The notes beneath the pieces are model-generated. The model had not been told where the DNA came from. It saw nothing but the letters and a program-made list of their open reading frames with translations, and did no database searches. A program made the translations under genes and the position numbers. From the NCBI GenBank assembly GCA_973895155.1, contig OZ316898.1, forward strand, positions 15,592,330 through 15,656,329: a stretch of DNA of 64,000 nt, in the 5' to 3' direction. Positions within the stretch are counted from its first letter, which is position 1, and each line of letters starts with the position of its first letter. Positions 12,366 through 26,009 of the stretch are shown in pieces. Source of the DNA: Marsupella aquatica. Lineage: Eukaryota > Plantae > Marchantiophyta.

Positions 12366-14366
12366 TCACTGAGTCAACTCTCCATCGGCCTGACTGGGTC
12401 CACCCCCGGCAACGGCATCGGCTTCAACATCAGCCTTGGCTACGGCCTCAGCCACGGCTACGGCCTCCCTTGCACACTCAAGTGGCGGATCGGGTACCTC
12501 GGCTTCATTACCGAGTATCCTGGCCTCGGCTTTGTCATCCCCTTCTTCTAGGGTAGTTGGATCCTCTACCGTAACCCTGCCTGAGGTCGGTGCTGGGTTT
12601 ACCTCCTTGGTCACCACGGCCTGTGGAGCCGTATTACTCCCTGACCCTGAAGGTTTCTGTTTCTTCTTCTTTTCTGGTTCGGCAGCTGGCCCCTTCCCCT
12701 TCCCACTTACTTCCGGCACTAGTGCAAATGGCGCGGCTTGTCCTTCGGCCAGTACCACTCCTGGTAACTTAGTGGCCTCAATTTGAGTTGGCCTTGATGA
12801 AGCCAAGCACTTAAATACTGTGGCTTGTTTCTTCAGCCGCTCCGTTTGGTTGTCGGCTCGTCGTTGTAAGTTCTCTAGCTTCCGCGTGCTTTCCTCCAAC
12901 TCTTCCTGCACTTCGTCCAGGTCCTTGCGCGCCTCCTCCAGCTCCTTTTGGGCTTCCTCCAATTCCTGTTTAAACGCAGCTCTCTCCTCCCGGGTTGCTC
13001 TTAACTCCTTGTCGAGCTCTACAATGATGACAGACTCCATCTGGTTCATCTTGGCGTAAGTCTGATCGAGCATATTGTCCTTCTCACGCAAGTCGGCCTT
13101 GAAGCTAGCCGTCAGGGACGCAAGCTCCTGCTGCAGCGCAATAATCCCTTGATAGGATTTCCCTAACTCGGCCTCCTTCTTCTCAAGGGCTCCGTGGATA
13201 ACCTCGAGCTCCCCCTTCAATGCCCTTTCCCTTCTCTGGGTCTCCGCCCTGGCCCGGTTGTTGGCTGTTATGTGGGCCTCCTCTGCATCCCTCAAGTCTC
13301 GCTTCCACTTCTCCCGCTCCTTGATCGCATCGGCCAACTCTTCTTGGGTTCGAGTCAATTTATTCTCGATAATCCGATTATCAGACTGTGCGGTATCCAA
13401 TTGGCCCTGCATGATATTTAGCTCATGCCGCTTAATCCGCAGCTCATCTTGGGCTTTCTTGGCCGCCCTCAGGTCTTTGATTTCGGCTTCCCTTGCCCTG
13501 AGCCGACGGATGACCTCGTCCTTCTTGCTTCTTTCCAAAGCCACCGCTTCTTCTAATTGGCGCTTCTCCAACATCTCCCTCTGAAAAAAGGGTCCTTGCT
13601 CCAACTCCTCCCCAAAGATGCTGAGCGCCAGCTCTCCACACATTTCCCCGTACTCCATGGCTCTATTTTTAGCATAGGTGGAGGAAGTAGAAGTCATCGG
13701 CATCATCCACCGCGGCCTGTGCTCCCAAGCCGCCTTGCGGATCTCTTCTATTGTGGCTAGAGGGATGCTTTGTTTTTCTGCAAGCCGCCTGATGTCCTCT
13801 GGCCATTCTCCTCCTGGTAAATCCTTTTCCCTAGCCAGGGCTGCCTCCTCTTCCTCCCTGATTCGCTCCTGAAATTCCTGCGCCGTTTGTTTTATGCCGT
13901 CAAAGCTCGGGGGAGCGACATCTGGTGGGGGAGACTCGGGGCTGCTCTGCTGGCTCGGGTCTCCTCGAACTACTCTTGGGAGTGTGGGGATGAACCGGCC
14001 ACAGGTCCTTACTCCTGGAACATGATGATCCAACCCGTAGCCGGAGTCATCATTGCTGTAGTCCTCTACCGCCTCCTCCTCGGCTTGGACTACCGGCTTC
14101 TCCCGCTGTTCTCCTGGTTTTGTCGTGAACACGGCTTCACCTCTCACCGGTCTTGGTTCCTCCTCCGGCTTCCGTGTTGATCTCTTGTTCTCCTTGTCGT
14201 GGCCGAGAGCTACGGCCTGCTTCTCCTCGGCTTCGGGACTTGAGGCTCCGATATACATCCGGACTCTCGGCTCGTGTTCCGGCCTCCTTCTCTCCTTGAC
14301 CCCAATAAAGGGGTTTTCCCTTGTAAGCCGGCTTAGGCCCACCTCTGGAGTAGTGTCCTGCATTGG

Positions 14367-14397
<31 letters not shown>

Positions 14398-15998
14398 CTC
14401 TTTTCCTTCTCCAGCAATTTCAGCAGATTCTGCATGCCTGGTTGCTGCATCGGCAAGTCCTCTGTCCTTGGCCTAAACACCTGCTCGATTGTAGGACTGT
14501 CGGGCGGGTTGGGTTTCTCCGTTGCCGGCCTCTACTCCGGGACCTCCTCCGGTGCTCTTGCCGATAGGGGAAGTACTGGGGCAAAGATTTGACTTCTGGC
14601 ATACCGGCACAATAGCGGCATGTGATAGCCAAGCCGGGACACGCTTCCCACGCCGATCACCTGCTGTTCCTCCTTCAAGATCTTCTTCAGTTGGTTGAGG
14701 AGGTACCCGTTGTAATCCCGGCTTGGGTCTGGCCTTTCTGCCAAGTAGACCTGAGCCTTGCCGATCTCTGCCCTCGGCAAGTTACAGTGCATGGTCACCC
14801 GCAAGAAATCGATCATCTCTCCGATGTGCGGGTTGGTGCAGGTGTTCCGAAAGAAGCCATTCTTTGTTGATGGTCCTGGGAACGACCAAAACTCCTTGTC
14901 AGGTAAGGTCTTCCTGGTATCAACCTTGGTCTTATTACCCATCGGCAAGCCAAACACTTCAGCAATCACCCGGGGAGTGAGATAGAAATCCTTCCCATAC
15001 ACCCTTGTGGAATTGGTCTCGGACTCCCATGATCCCACGAATTCTAACAAGTCTGAGTCCGGCACCTCCGGCTTCAGCCATGGTAATCTTACGAAGGCTT
15101 CCAAGCCAGATCCGGCCATGAAGCCTTGGTACTTCTTGGTCTGCATAGCTGTAAAGCATGCATCCTCCTCCCGTGCAAAGTGTAATTGCACTTCCTCCGG
15201 TAGGGTCACCGCCCAGCCTTTCCAGGTGTCATCGTTTGTTGGAATGGCATTGATGGGGTCGACCTCCTCCTCCTTGGCTTCTCTCTGCCTCCTGCTCTGC
15301 TGTTCTGTTGGCTTCTTTGGTGCCGCCGACCTCATTCTTTTTGCCGGGGTGGCCTCTTCGTTGTTGTTCCCCTTCCTCTTCATCTCGGCTCCTGTGGATG
15401 TCTCTCCTAGCACGGTTGCCTTTGTCCACCCCTCCGTGCTACCCTTCAACTCCCAGTGTATGTTGTTGCAGCGTTTGATGGCTTCTCGGATGCCGACGAC
15501 TCCATCTTCGCAAAACAGCAGGTCGTCTAGCTCGTTGCCAGTAGGCGTCCATAGGAATTCAGCCTTGATGAGTTCTCCTCCTAAGAAAGCAGCTTTCTGG
15601 AGCTCCCACAATCGGGCGAGCTCCTGCCGTTCTCGAGCTGCTCTCTCCGATTCTTCGTCCTCGTAAGTCCCAATGTACTCAGTTGCCCGTTCGAACAGGC
15701 ATCCCCAAAAATGTGTCGCTTGATTGACGTTGCTCATACCCTTCTCGAGTTGATAGTCGGTATCTGTTCCCACCCTGAGCGCTTGCCTAAGCAGTTGACA
15801 GTAGTTGGCCGCCCGTAGTTGCCTGCCCAGTTCGTGCTTGCAAATGAGCCACTACTCCTCGCGAGCGGTCCTTACCCCTCTCCTCCTCTGGTTCTCCCTC
15901 CCGTTGGTTACCCCTAGCCGCCGGCACTTAGCGTGCCCTAACCCTAATCGTATTCTCTCCCCTGGCATCCTTACTTCCGGCCTTGGCTCGGGTTCCAT
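12366..15998 (-). pseudogene. LTR-B long ORF (~1200 aa): PMD-like domain plus long coiled coil
   Basis: ORFs 14532-15773 and 12366-14480 are in one frame, split by a single TAG that is CAG in the other copies. GLEAFVRLPW...W.SETNST...G...LTPRVIAEVFGLPMG is PMD-like. E/K/R heptad region. Confidence 0.7.
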
Positions 15999-17305
15999 AG
16001 TCATCCTTAATTGTTTATATTTTCCTTATTTATGTAACTATACTAAGGTGTTTCTAGGGTACACTTCCCTTTTCCCCTTAAACTAGCCCAGTGATTCCTG
16101 GCTAGGCATCACAGGAGACTGGTGACTCACAGCATATAGGTGATCAGCAGTCTCAGAAAGGACAAGTCCAAGATCAAATACCCTGCGCCCCCTGCTTGGA
16201 ACAAATGCTTGTTCCGTGCCAACCAAAGAGCCCATAAGACCTGGTAGCGAACAAACAGCTTGGCAACCTGTATGGAGTCTTTCTCGAATGAAGCATCAAG
16301 CAGAGACATCAGCCCATGGCCAATTGGCAGACCTAAAACTTGCAAGAAGAGTCCGCACAACCTCCAGCACCGGTCTACAAAGTCACAAAGAAAGAAGAGG
16401 TGCGGAATTGTCTCTAGGACACCGCTGCAAAGCTTGCAGTCGCCGTTGCTCACCTCCATGCAGAGTGCTCTCACCCCAGTGAAGAGACCACCTGCAATAA
16501 TCCGCTAGTCAGATGAAGGTCTTCCCATGGGTTGATAGATCAGAGCCCCAAAGCTTGGTCCATCCCACACTCCATTCGCTCTCAGTGCGATGAGTAGACC
16601 AAGTGTGGTTAAGCCAACCACAAATGGAGGATTTGGGCCTCAAAAATTGGTATGCCCTGCAATTTTCAATTTTGAAGTCCTTCAACACTTGTGCTTTGTC
16701 AGCCCACAACCATTGTTTGGCGTAGAGAAAGTTGTCAAAGCGGCAGTATGGCGAGCTCCATAGGAGTTCCAGGAAGGCCATTGCCAGCTTCCTATGCTCC
16801 ACTGTGAATCCCCGCATGTGTTGCCATCTCAGAGGGAGATCTTTCCAGAAACTATCCTCGGAAGACCAACCATCCCCAATGGACCTTAGGCCAAGTCTGC
16901 CACAGAAGGCCGTAACCCCAACAATATCCACATTGGGGAGAGAGTTGAAACCAGCCCTGGAGCGGAGAGAGTCATTTATACTCCACCAAGAAAATTCACC
17001 CAATCGTCCAGGCACAAAAGAGAGGTGAGCTCTTACTAGCTCCCAACTCTTCCACAGACCACCTATATAGGGTAGACCACCAAATGAGTGAGGGGTGCAA
17101 AGAAGAAGTTTATCTTGAAAGGTGTAGCCATTACGTCTAATTGCCTTGTAATTCATCCATCCCATCAGTGACAGGTTGGCCTCAAGCATTCTTGCCCATT
17201 CAAGGTTAGGGAAATTCAGAGCTTTGGCGAACCATTGAGATAGCAAGGCATCAGAGTGGCTTTGAAAGTCTTTGAAGCCAAGACCCCCTTCCTCAATGTC
17301 GGCCA

Positions 17306-20300
17306 ATGACGTTTACAAGCAAGTTAGTGAGAATTATCTATGTGGGCGCTTTGGTTTGGATTTGAACGACATTGAGGACATTTTGGAGGAGGGAAATGGA
17401 GATGAAGCATCTAATTTCACTGCTTCTTTTGATGTTGATGACGGGATTCGTTTTTGGCACCTAAATGCAGGAATTCAGTATTCTATTGTCATTCGAAAAC
17501 TAGTCTCATCCGATCTCCCATCTTCATCCAAACCCTTTGTTGATGTTGTCCTGCTTTCAGATAGCGACGATGATGGACCTGCTTTGCCTCAGCGTAGTGC
17601 TAAATCCCCTCACACCGTTGTTAAACAGGAGGTTACCCCTGTTAAACAAGAGGTCATAGCAGTTTTTACCAAAAATTCCATTGTGTATCGGAGAAGTGCA
17701 ATGGATACCATTCTCAAGTCAACTGGTTCCAGTGAAATCTCGAGGTTCATCGCGGCTGGGGACTTCTTCCATGAACAAGTTGATTGTTTGCCAAAGAAAT
17801 ACAATGGAAATATTGTATTCGAGTTGCCTCCTGCGACGGCAGCTCTTTCGAAGGGGTCACGTCTACGCGACATGGACCGGTCAAAGGATTGCTACATCTG
17901 GACCAGAATATTTCCTACATCAGCTAATGTTCATCCCAAGAAATATTGGGAATTTGGTAAAGTAACGTGCACTGGTTCCATTGAGTGTAGGAATAATACG
18001 TGCGACTATTTTCAGCGGAAGAAAAGGAGGAACCAGAAGGCCTGGGGTGGAACCCCCAAACTTGGCGGGCAACATCGTGTTGGCTCCTTCATTGACGAAG
18101 GTGGAGTTGTTTGCCAATTTTGTGATCAAGTTCCGTTTTGTGTCCAATCCTGTCCAGCAAGGTTATTTTACATGTACCCCCAGGTTCTAGTTGACTCAGA
18201 AACCTGTACTCACATGTCCCGCTTGGCAATTCATATGGGGATCCACAACCATCCTTCAAGAAAGGTGTTTTCTCGGAGCACAGAGAAGATTGTTGAGGAG
18301 GTTATCAAAAAGAAATTGGAAGGAAATCCAATTTTCACCCCTGCTGGTGTAAAAAATGTGGCGACAGGGTCCTTTGTAAAGTCCTTGTGTGAAAGTATGG
18401 AAGATATTGAAGATATTGAAGAAACAGAGATATTTGAGTCTCTCATGGTAGTTTCCACACCCCAAAAGTTTGCGTCCCTCTTTCGTAGTGTTAGACAGGA
18501 CCAGAAAGGTCGAGGTGAACTAGATTTTCTTGTTCGGTATCAAAGAAATATCAACATGCCTTTCCTCCAAAGGTACCTCCTACCAGGTCAAGGATCTCAA
18601 GAAGACCGTCCTCACATATTCAAGATGAGTTCGATCGGCCATGGATCAGGCGTCGATCTTTTGAGACAAATGCAACCTGGTGGAAGTCTCGAAGGTGCTT
18701 GGGTAAGTTTTGATGTGATGAAACGGCTTACAAAAGACTGGGTTACTTTTAGTGCGCATATTTATGATCACAACTATCGCGCTCTGTGTACCTTATTCAC
18801 CTGCGAACTAAAAGTAGAGGATACAGAGTCGTTCGAGAAGGCTTGGAGGCTAATGATTGAGGTGTCCAAAGAGAATGGATTAGAAAATACGATTATTCAT
18901 GGATTCATGGCGGACAATGCTCAAGCTGGTTGGCTGGCAGTCCGAAATGTCTTTTTTGGAGGGCATCCAAACCCTGAGCGTGAGCGAACTGACGCATTCC
19001 ATTTCTACCAAGCCTTCCATCGCCATTCGATTGAAGGAGTGATTGAATATAGTCAAGCAGAGCATCGTAGGCTTTGGGATAAGATGCGAAATGCCCCCAC
19101 GTTTGTAGAGGCTTACAGAATTTCAAGGGAGATTGATTTGTAGTGGCAGTCGGGTAACTGTGTCCCCGGGAAGCTCCGGATGCTCCAGAGTTGGATTTCA
19201 TGGTGAGTCGTCAGGTGGAGACAATGGGGAAATTTTATTCGTTTGGTAAGTTAGTTTACTTTGCTTTCCGCTCTTTAGGTATTGCAGTGCTGTATTCTCA
19301 TTTCAAAATGTTTGTATCCATATTCAAATATTACAATACCATAGCATCCTTTAATACTAGCGCCTGGCGCTATCATTTATTCAAACTGTCATATGACACA
19401 ATAGGACGAAATAAGTTGTCCCTTAATGTACAGTGCCAGTTTTGACTTCTAGGGACAGAGTCCACTTCACTAGCGCTCGACGCTAGTGTTTTCTTGTTCT
19501 ATAACAGACACTTTATTCTATGTGATTGCAGAACAAGAGTGTCGAAGAAGGGGCTAAGATTCCTAATTGTACAGGATCAGAGTCCGTGCACGCAGGTATG
19601 AAAGCATGGTAATGAAGAAAAAGGTTGGGCTCTTTGAGGCATGTGAAATGGACCAATCGAGCTATTTCTTAGGTTGCTGCTTACACTGCGTATCGGAAAG
19701 GGTTGCATAGAGGAAAAGGTCCCACAATTTGGGAACTCGCTTTCCGATCAGCGGACCAAGCAGGCTCCCCCAAGTTGTATGAAGACGCAATGAATATGCT
19801 ACTGTCCAACGCTGCCGAGTTTGACTTGGAGAGACGTGCACCTCTCAATGGAGACGTTGTCACCAAGTCTTTGAAGAGGAAAGGACATGCATCTGGGAAT
19901 ATCTCGCCACAAGACTCCCATAGGCATGATAAAATCCTTGTCACCTCGCCCAATACTAGATCGATGAAAAGGAAGAATCTTAATCGCACGGCGTTTGATG
20001 CTATCCCTGGCCCCACGCCTCAAGTTGATCCTGTTGTTAATCTGTCTGGAAGTGACATATCGGGCGGTGGAGAAGATGTCGATTTCAATACCCCTCCTGC
20101 TCGAGACCGAACGTGTTCAATGAGGCTTCCCCAGACTGCTCCCTCCGTGCTTCAGCAACCGTTACAAGAGTGTCATGTCCGTGAGACGGAGGTTGCTCTA
20201 GCTGCATGGCAATTACGTCGAACTTCAAAATTTGGCGCTGGTCCTCAGTGCAACGGATCATTTTCCCGTAATTCTGAAAGAGATGAGTGTCGCAATCGCG

Positions 20301-21055
20301 TGAAAAAAGTTGGATTTCCCTCACCACATGGTGTTATCGAAATTGTTGTCAAAGGTCAACGGATTTTCAGGGGGGAACCCATAACCGAAATGATTTGGTT
20401 TTGCCCAAACAATACATGTTACAGAAGCCGCCCGCGTCGAGGTGTCTTGAATTTGCCCCCTTTCCCTGATGTTCTTCCCGTTTTGAAAGGGACAAATGTT
20501 TCGGAGGACGAGCTGCAATATCTTCTTGACAACGGAATCTCCCTAGTGCGCGGAAATGAACTTACAACTAGACCCCCGTCAGATTTTGATCTTCGAATCA
20601 ATGTCAATATCTTTCCAGAGCATGTGAATCTTCTCAAACCCAATGTTCGTCTCCGAAGCCGGAATGGGAGGAATACGGTTCCTCGGTCAAATCTTACCTA
20701 GGGTCACATGAACAGAATTGCGTCTGCAAAAAAACAGACGATGTACATTCAGGGAGAGTGGGATGTTGCGATTGGGAATGCATGGGGAAAACAGTTTAAG
20801 GTGCAAACGCACGAAAATATGCGGACGCCAAATTGTTACTTTGTTCAAATTTGCATTTTCCCCACTTGCTCGTGTGAGGATTTCTACCGGCGACATTCCC
20901 GGAAACATCCATATATGCCTTGCAAACATTTGTATTGGATTTTCCTTACCGTTTTCAAACTAGACGTTGAGGAATCTACATTGACCAGCCAACCAATTCT
21001 CACTGTTGGAGAGGTTCGGCTCATATTAGAGAGGCAAAATGCTCATCGTTTATAG
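17306..21055 (+). pseudogene. Mutator-like transposase: GCM/WRKY-type Zn finger + MULE DDE + SWIM (exons ~17306-19245 and 19532-21055)
   Basis: CTGSIEC...C...CQFC...C...HMGIHNHP; FDVMKR (D1); FMADNAQA (D2); TDAFH at the CxxH position; GSESVHA (E); SWIM CSC...CKH. GT-AG intron 19246-19531. Stops include TGG>TAG/TGA. Confidence 0.85.
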
Positions 21056-21654
21056 CATGAATCATGATGATGTAGGTTGTATTATTGGTCCAAACGGTTA
21101 TATTGATTTTGTCGTATGTCAACGGTATAGTGTTATTGATGTCGCGTCATGTTTTGTTAGCGCCAGGCGCTGGTAATTTTTTTGTCTAGGCTACACCATT
21201 AAATGTCATTGTGTTGTGATTTATGTTCTCAACGCCAACTATTTGTTTCCTTGAATAACGATAAGATAGCGCCAGGCGCTAGTCAATCCGTTGTTCGCTT
21301 TTATTTTGGACCACATAATGACATAAAGTTTTGGGCTGCGTTGATTTTGTATTATTTTCATATATTTTGTTGCCGATTGTGGTGGGACCTACCATTTTGT
21401 GCGCATTCCTTGACATTTTTATGTATGCTCCCCCTTGTTTGTGTTGGGATATAAGGTTCAATTATTATGTGGTTCAGCAATTCATTACAAGGTATCCTCC
21501 CTCACCGCAATGGACTAACTCCAACTTCAACAATTCTAAACTGCTGATTGTGTGTTCTTTCCCCTGGTACAAGATGTTTTTTCCTGGTAACAGCATAAGG
21601 CAAACAGGAAAAGTATTTCCTGTTTGCCTGTTTGCTATCTCCGTCGCTATACCC
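17306..21654 (+). mobile_element. MULE copy 3 (transposase arm, left-truncated)
   Basis: Ends CCTGTTTGC...GCTATACCC at 21654, the same terminus as 6589 (reverse complement). Palindromes at 19358, 19471, 21158, 21267. Confidence 0.85.
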
Positions 21655-24600
21655 TTCTCACGTAGGTCGGCCTTGAAGCTGGCCGTCAGGGATGCAAGCT
21701 CCTGCTGCAGCGCAATAATCCCTTGATAGGATTTCCCTAACTCGGCCTCCTTCTGCTCAAGGGCTCCGCGGATATCCTCGAGCTCTCCTTTCAACGCCCT
21801 CTCCCTTCTTTGAGTCTCCGCCATGGCCCGGTTGTTGGCGGTTATGTGGGCCTCCTCTGCGTCCCTCAACTCCTGCTTCCACTTTTCCCTATCCTTGACC
21901 GCGCCGGCCAACTCTCCTTGGGTCCGAGTCAATTTATCTTTGATAATCTGATTTCCAGACTGAGCGGCATCCAATTGTCCTTGCATGATGTTTAGCTCAT
22001 GCCGCTTAATCCGCAGCTCATCTTGGGCTTTCTTGGCCACCTGCAGGTCTTCCACCTCGGCTTCCATCTCCCTAAGTTGCCGGATGACCTCATCCTTCTT
22101 GCTTCTCTCCAAAGCCATCGCTTCTTCTAATCGGTGCTTCTCCAACATCTCCCTCTGGAAAAAGGGTCCCTGCTCCAACTCCTCCCCAAAGATGCTGAGC
22201 GCAAGTTCCCCACACATCTCCCCGTACTCCATGGCTCTATCTTTAGCATAGGTGGAGTAAGTAGAAGTCATCGGCATCAACCACCGCGGCCTCTGTTCCC
22301 AAGCCGCCTTGCGGATTTCTTCTATGGTGGCAAGAGGGTTGCTTCTTTTTTCGGCAAGCCGCCTGATGTCCTCCGACCAATCTCCTCTTGGTAAATCTTT
22401 CTCCCTAGCTAGGGCTACTTTCTCTTCCTCCCTAAGTCGCTCCTGAAACTCTTGTGCCGTTTGCTTTATGCCGTCAAAGCTCGGGGGAGCAACCTCTGGT
22501 GGGGGAGACTCGGGGCTACTCTGCTGGGTGGGGTCCCCTCAAACTGCTCCTGGAACATGATGATCCGACCCATAGCCGGAGTTATCATTGCTGTAGTCCT
22601 CTACCGCCTCCTCCACTACTTGGACTCCCGACTTCCCCCTCTGTTCCCCTGGTCCTGCCGTGAAAACGGCCTCATAGATCACGGGCTCTGGTTCCTCCTC
22701 TGGTTTCCAGGCTGTCCTCTCCCTTTACTTTTTGCGGGAAGGAGCCTTAGGCTGCTCTGCCTCCGATTTGGGGCTTGAGGCTCCCACATACATTCGAACT
22801 CCCGGCTTGTGTTCCGGCCTCCTTCTCTCCTTGGCTCCGGTAAAGGGGTTTTCCCTCCTGAGTCGGCTTAGGCCGGCCTCTGGGGCAGTGTCTTGTACCA
22901 GTGCCGTTGCCGGTGCCGTTCTCTCCTTCTCCAGCAATTTCAGCAGATTCTGCATGCCTGATTGCTGCATCGGCAAGTCTTCTTTCCTTGGCCAAAACAC
23001 CTGCTCGATCGTAGGACTGGCAGGCTGGTTGGGCTCTTCTGTTGCCGGCCTCTGCTCCGGAACCTCCTCCGGTGCCCTTGCCGATAGGGGAGGTACTGGG
23101 GCAAAGATTTGACTTCTGGCATACCGGCACAACAGCGGCATGTGATAGCCAAGCCGGGACACGCTTCCCACGCCGATCACCTATTGTTCCTCCTTCAAGA
23201 TCTTCTTTAGTTGGTTGAGGAGGTACCTGTTGTAATCCCGGCTTGGGTCTGGCCTTTCTGCCAGGTAGACCTGAGCCTTGCCGATCTCTGCCCTCGGCAA
23301 GTTACAATGCATGGTCACCCGCAAGAAATCGATCATCTCTCCGATGTGCGGGTTGGTGCAGGTGTTCCGGAAGAAGCCATTCTTCGTTGATGGTCCTGGG
23401 AACGACCGAAACTCCTTGTCAGGTAAGGTCTTCCTGGTATCAACCTTGGTCTTATTACCCATCGGCAAGCCAAACACCTCGGCAATCACCCGGGGAGTGA
23501 GATAGAAATCCTTCCCATACACCCTCGTGGAATTGGTCTCGGGTTCCCATGATCCCACAAATTCTAATAAGTCTGAGTCCGGCACCTCTGGCTTCAGCCA
23601 TGGTAATCTTACAAAGGCTTCCAAGCCGGATCCGGCCATGAAGCCCTGGTACTTCTTGGTCTGCATGGCCGTAAAGCATGCATCCTTCTCCCGTGCAAAA
23701 TGTAATTGCACTTCCTCTGGTAGGGTCGCTGCCCAGCCTTTCCAGGTGTCATCCTTTGTTGGAATGGCATTGATGGGATCAACCTCCTCCTCTTTGGCTT
23801 CTCCCTGCCTCCTGTTCTGCTGCTCTGCTAGCTTCCTTGGTGCCGCCGACCTCGTTCTTTTTGTCGGGGTGGCCTCTTTGTTGTTGTTTCCTTTTCTCTT
23901 CATCTCGGCTGCCGTGGATGTTTCTCCTAGCACAATTGCCTTTGTCCACCCCTCCATGCTACCCATCAACTCCCAGTGCGCGTCGTTGCAGCGGTTGATG
24001 GCTTCCCAAATGCCGACAATTCTGTCTTCGCAAAACAGAAGGTCATCAAGTTGATTGGTAGTAGGATTCCACAAGAACTCGGCCTTGATGAGTTCTCCTC
24101 CTAAGAAGGCAGACTTCTACAGCTCCCACAGTCAAGCGAGCTCCTGCCGTTCTCGAGTTGCTCTCTCCGATTCTTCGTCCTCATAAGTCCTAATGTACTC
24201 AGTTGCCCGTTTGAACAGGCATCCCCAAAAATGTGCCGCTTGATTGACGGTGCTCCTCTGGGTTCCATCATGTGGAGGGCATACCGCTGGAACTCCAGGC
24301 ATTCTACTACCTCCGGGATGAGGCACGTCCTCATTAAGAACCCATTGTCCACTACCCCCTCGACCGGGAAACTAGAGGACTGGTATTTAGCTCCCTTGCC
24401 CCCAGGAGCCCGCAATTCTACCCGATTGATCCCCTCGGGTAAGCCAAAAATCATCTTCAGACGTGCCTCATTGAGACACATCACTCTCCCGTGCGCTCGG
24501 GTTTGTTGACGGGCCTCGTCAAAGTTCTGAATGAACTCCGTCATATCCTGCCTGTAGTACTTGCTTCCATTCCAAGGGAGAGAGGTGAGGTGCTCAAACC

Positions 24601-26009
24601 CTTGGGTCTTCAGATAGCATGCATGCTTGGGGTGGAGGATGTTCTTGTGAACGTTGTCCCCCATGCAATGCATGGTCAGCTTGGCTACCGCAACCGTGGC
24701 CAAAGGCAACCCGGATACTGCTGCGGGCTCCTTCCTCTTCCTACCCTGAGACTGATTCCCGGGGTGACTAGAAGAAGGGGACATCTCTCCTTCCTCTCGG
24801 TCAGGTGGTGGTAGCGCGACTGCCATGAGTATTGGTGTCGGGGCCGCTAGCGTTACCGTGTTATTCACTTGGGCTTGCTGGAGTGGTGCAGAGTTGTTCG
24901 TACCCCGTGGCCGTCAATTCAGAGGAGGGTGAGCCTCCTCATCTTCGGAGCTAATATTTACCGCATTCACCACGGATCATACTCGGAGAGGTGGTGGAAC
25001 CGGTGGCGGGGACCGGCTTGGCTGAGGCCGAGGAGGTGTAGGTGTGGGTACGGGCACGGGTTGGCCGGCACTGGTTGTTGATGGTAGAGTTGCCATGAAG
25101 TTTTGCAGGTGCCGATGGAGGTTTTCCAACGCAAGTGAAGATGGTCCTGTCGACCGGGTAGTGTTGAACTCGCCATTGATGATGGCCCGGACCCGAGCGG
25201 GGATGTGGTCGAAGTGGTGCCGCTGCAAGTCGATCGTGCCCGGAATATTGAAGACCTCGTCCGGAAGCCAAAGCAATGCCTCCCAGAAGTCGATGTATTT
25301 GCCTCTGTCGAAGAAGTACCCTGATACCTCTTTGGGTCGGTAAAGCTCGCTCTGGGATGGGTACTCAAAGTTAAGGAGATAGTGGTGGCGGCCTGCTAGG
25401 CGGATGGCTCTCTCGTATTCGCGTTCGATCTCATATTGGCGTGGGTTGGCGTGTTTCAATGAGTCGGCCAAGTGCCCTCCGATAGACAGGAACTGAGTCC
25501 AAAATCGTATGGCCAAATTGGACAGGATTGTGTGCGACATTCAGAGGAGATAGCAGGTGACTAAGGAAAAGCGAGAGAGCTGGGATCGAAGTTGGCGCGT
25601 GGACTGGAGAGCTGGTGCACTACAAAGGATCGGCCCCCCTTTTATACCCTGAGAGCTTGTCGATCGCCCGACGCCTCCTCGTCGCTTATAGGCCGAGCCT
25701 TTCATGCTTACAGTGTACCGGCCCCTTCGCCAGTCCGGGTCAGCTCGTGTCAGTGGCCGCCTCCCGGAGTTCGTTATACGGACAAGAGGGAGGGGAAAAA
25801 GGACCCATTACACACTCGCAACCCGGGCGTGCGAATGGCGACCCGCCGCCAGCCCAAACATGAATTCCCCTTATTGACTAATGATTTCCTACTCATAATG
25901 GCTACCTAAATACTGTCGTTATGCTAATAATAATGGCCTAAGATACCCCTAACGCACGTGCTAAGCACGGTTAGACCGAATCAATCATTACCCGCCATAC
26001 GGCGTCACA
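21655..26009 (-). mobile_element. LTR-B2: left-truncated, chimeric LTR-B-type element ending GGCGTCACA
   Basis: 21655-24250 is near-identical to LTR-B1 13080-15730. 24250-26009 is different and holds a second PMD-like ORF (24101-24868) and an unknown ORF (24977-25540). Confidence 0.75.

Larger units (their letters stand above)
8816..16113 (-). mobile_element. LTR-B1: TGTGGTGCG...GGCATCACA element (4.75-kb family, probable giant solo LTR) with ~2.7-kb foreign segment
   Basis: Perfect TSD GGAGA (8811-15 / 16114-18). Colinear with 26631-31383. Termini are an 8/10 inverted match. Confidence 0.9.
8442..17305 (-). mobile_element. 5'-truncated L1-like LINE (3' part 8442-8815; ORF2 tail 16114-17305), split by LTR-B1
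   Basis: EEGGLGFKD post-RT motif, zf-RVT-like CKLC...ETIPHLFFLC, LWALWLARN. A-rich tail at ~8448-8470. Confidence 0.8.

Noticed and set aside
12436-15666. Many Ser-rich plus-strand ORFs in the LTR-B copies
   Set aside because: Antisense shadows of the Glu/Lys-rich minus-strand ORF.
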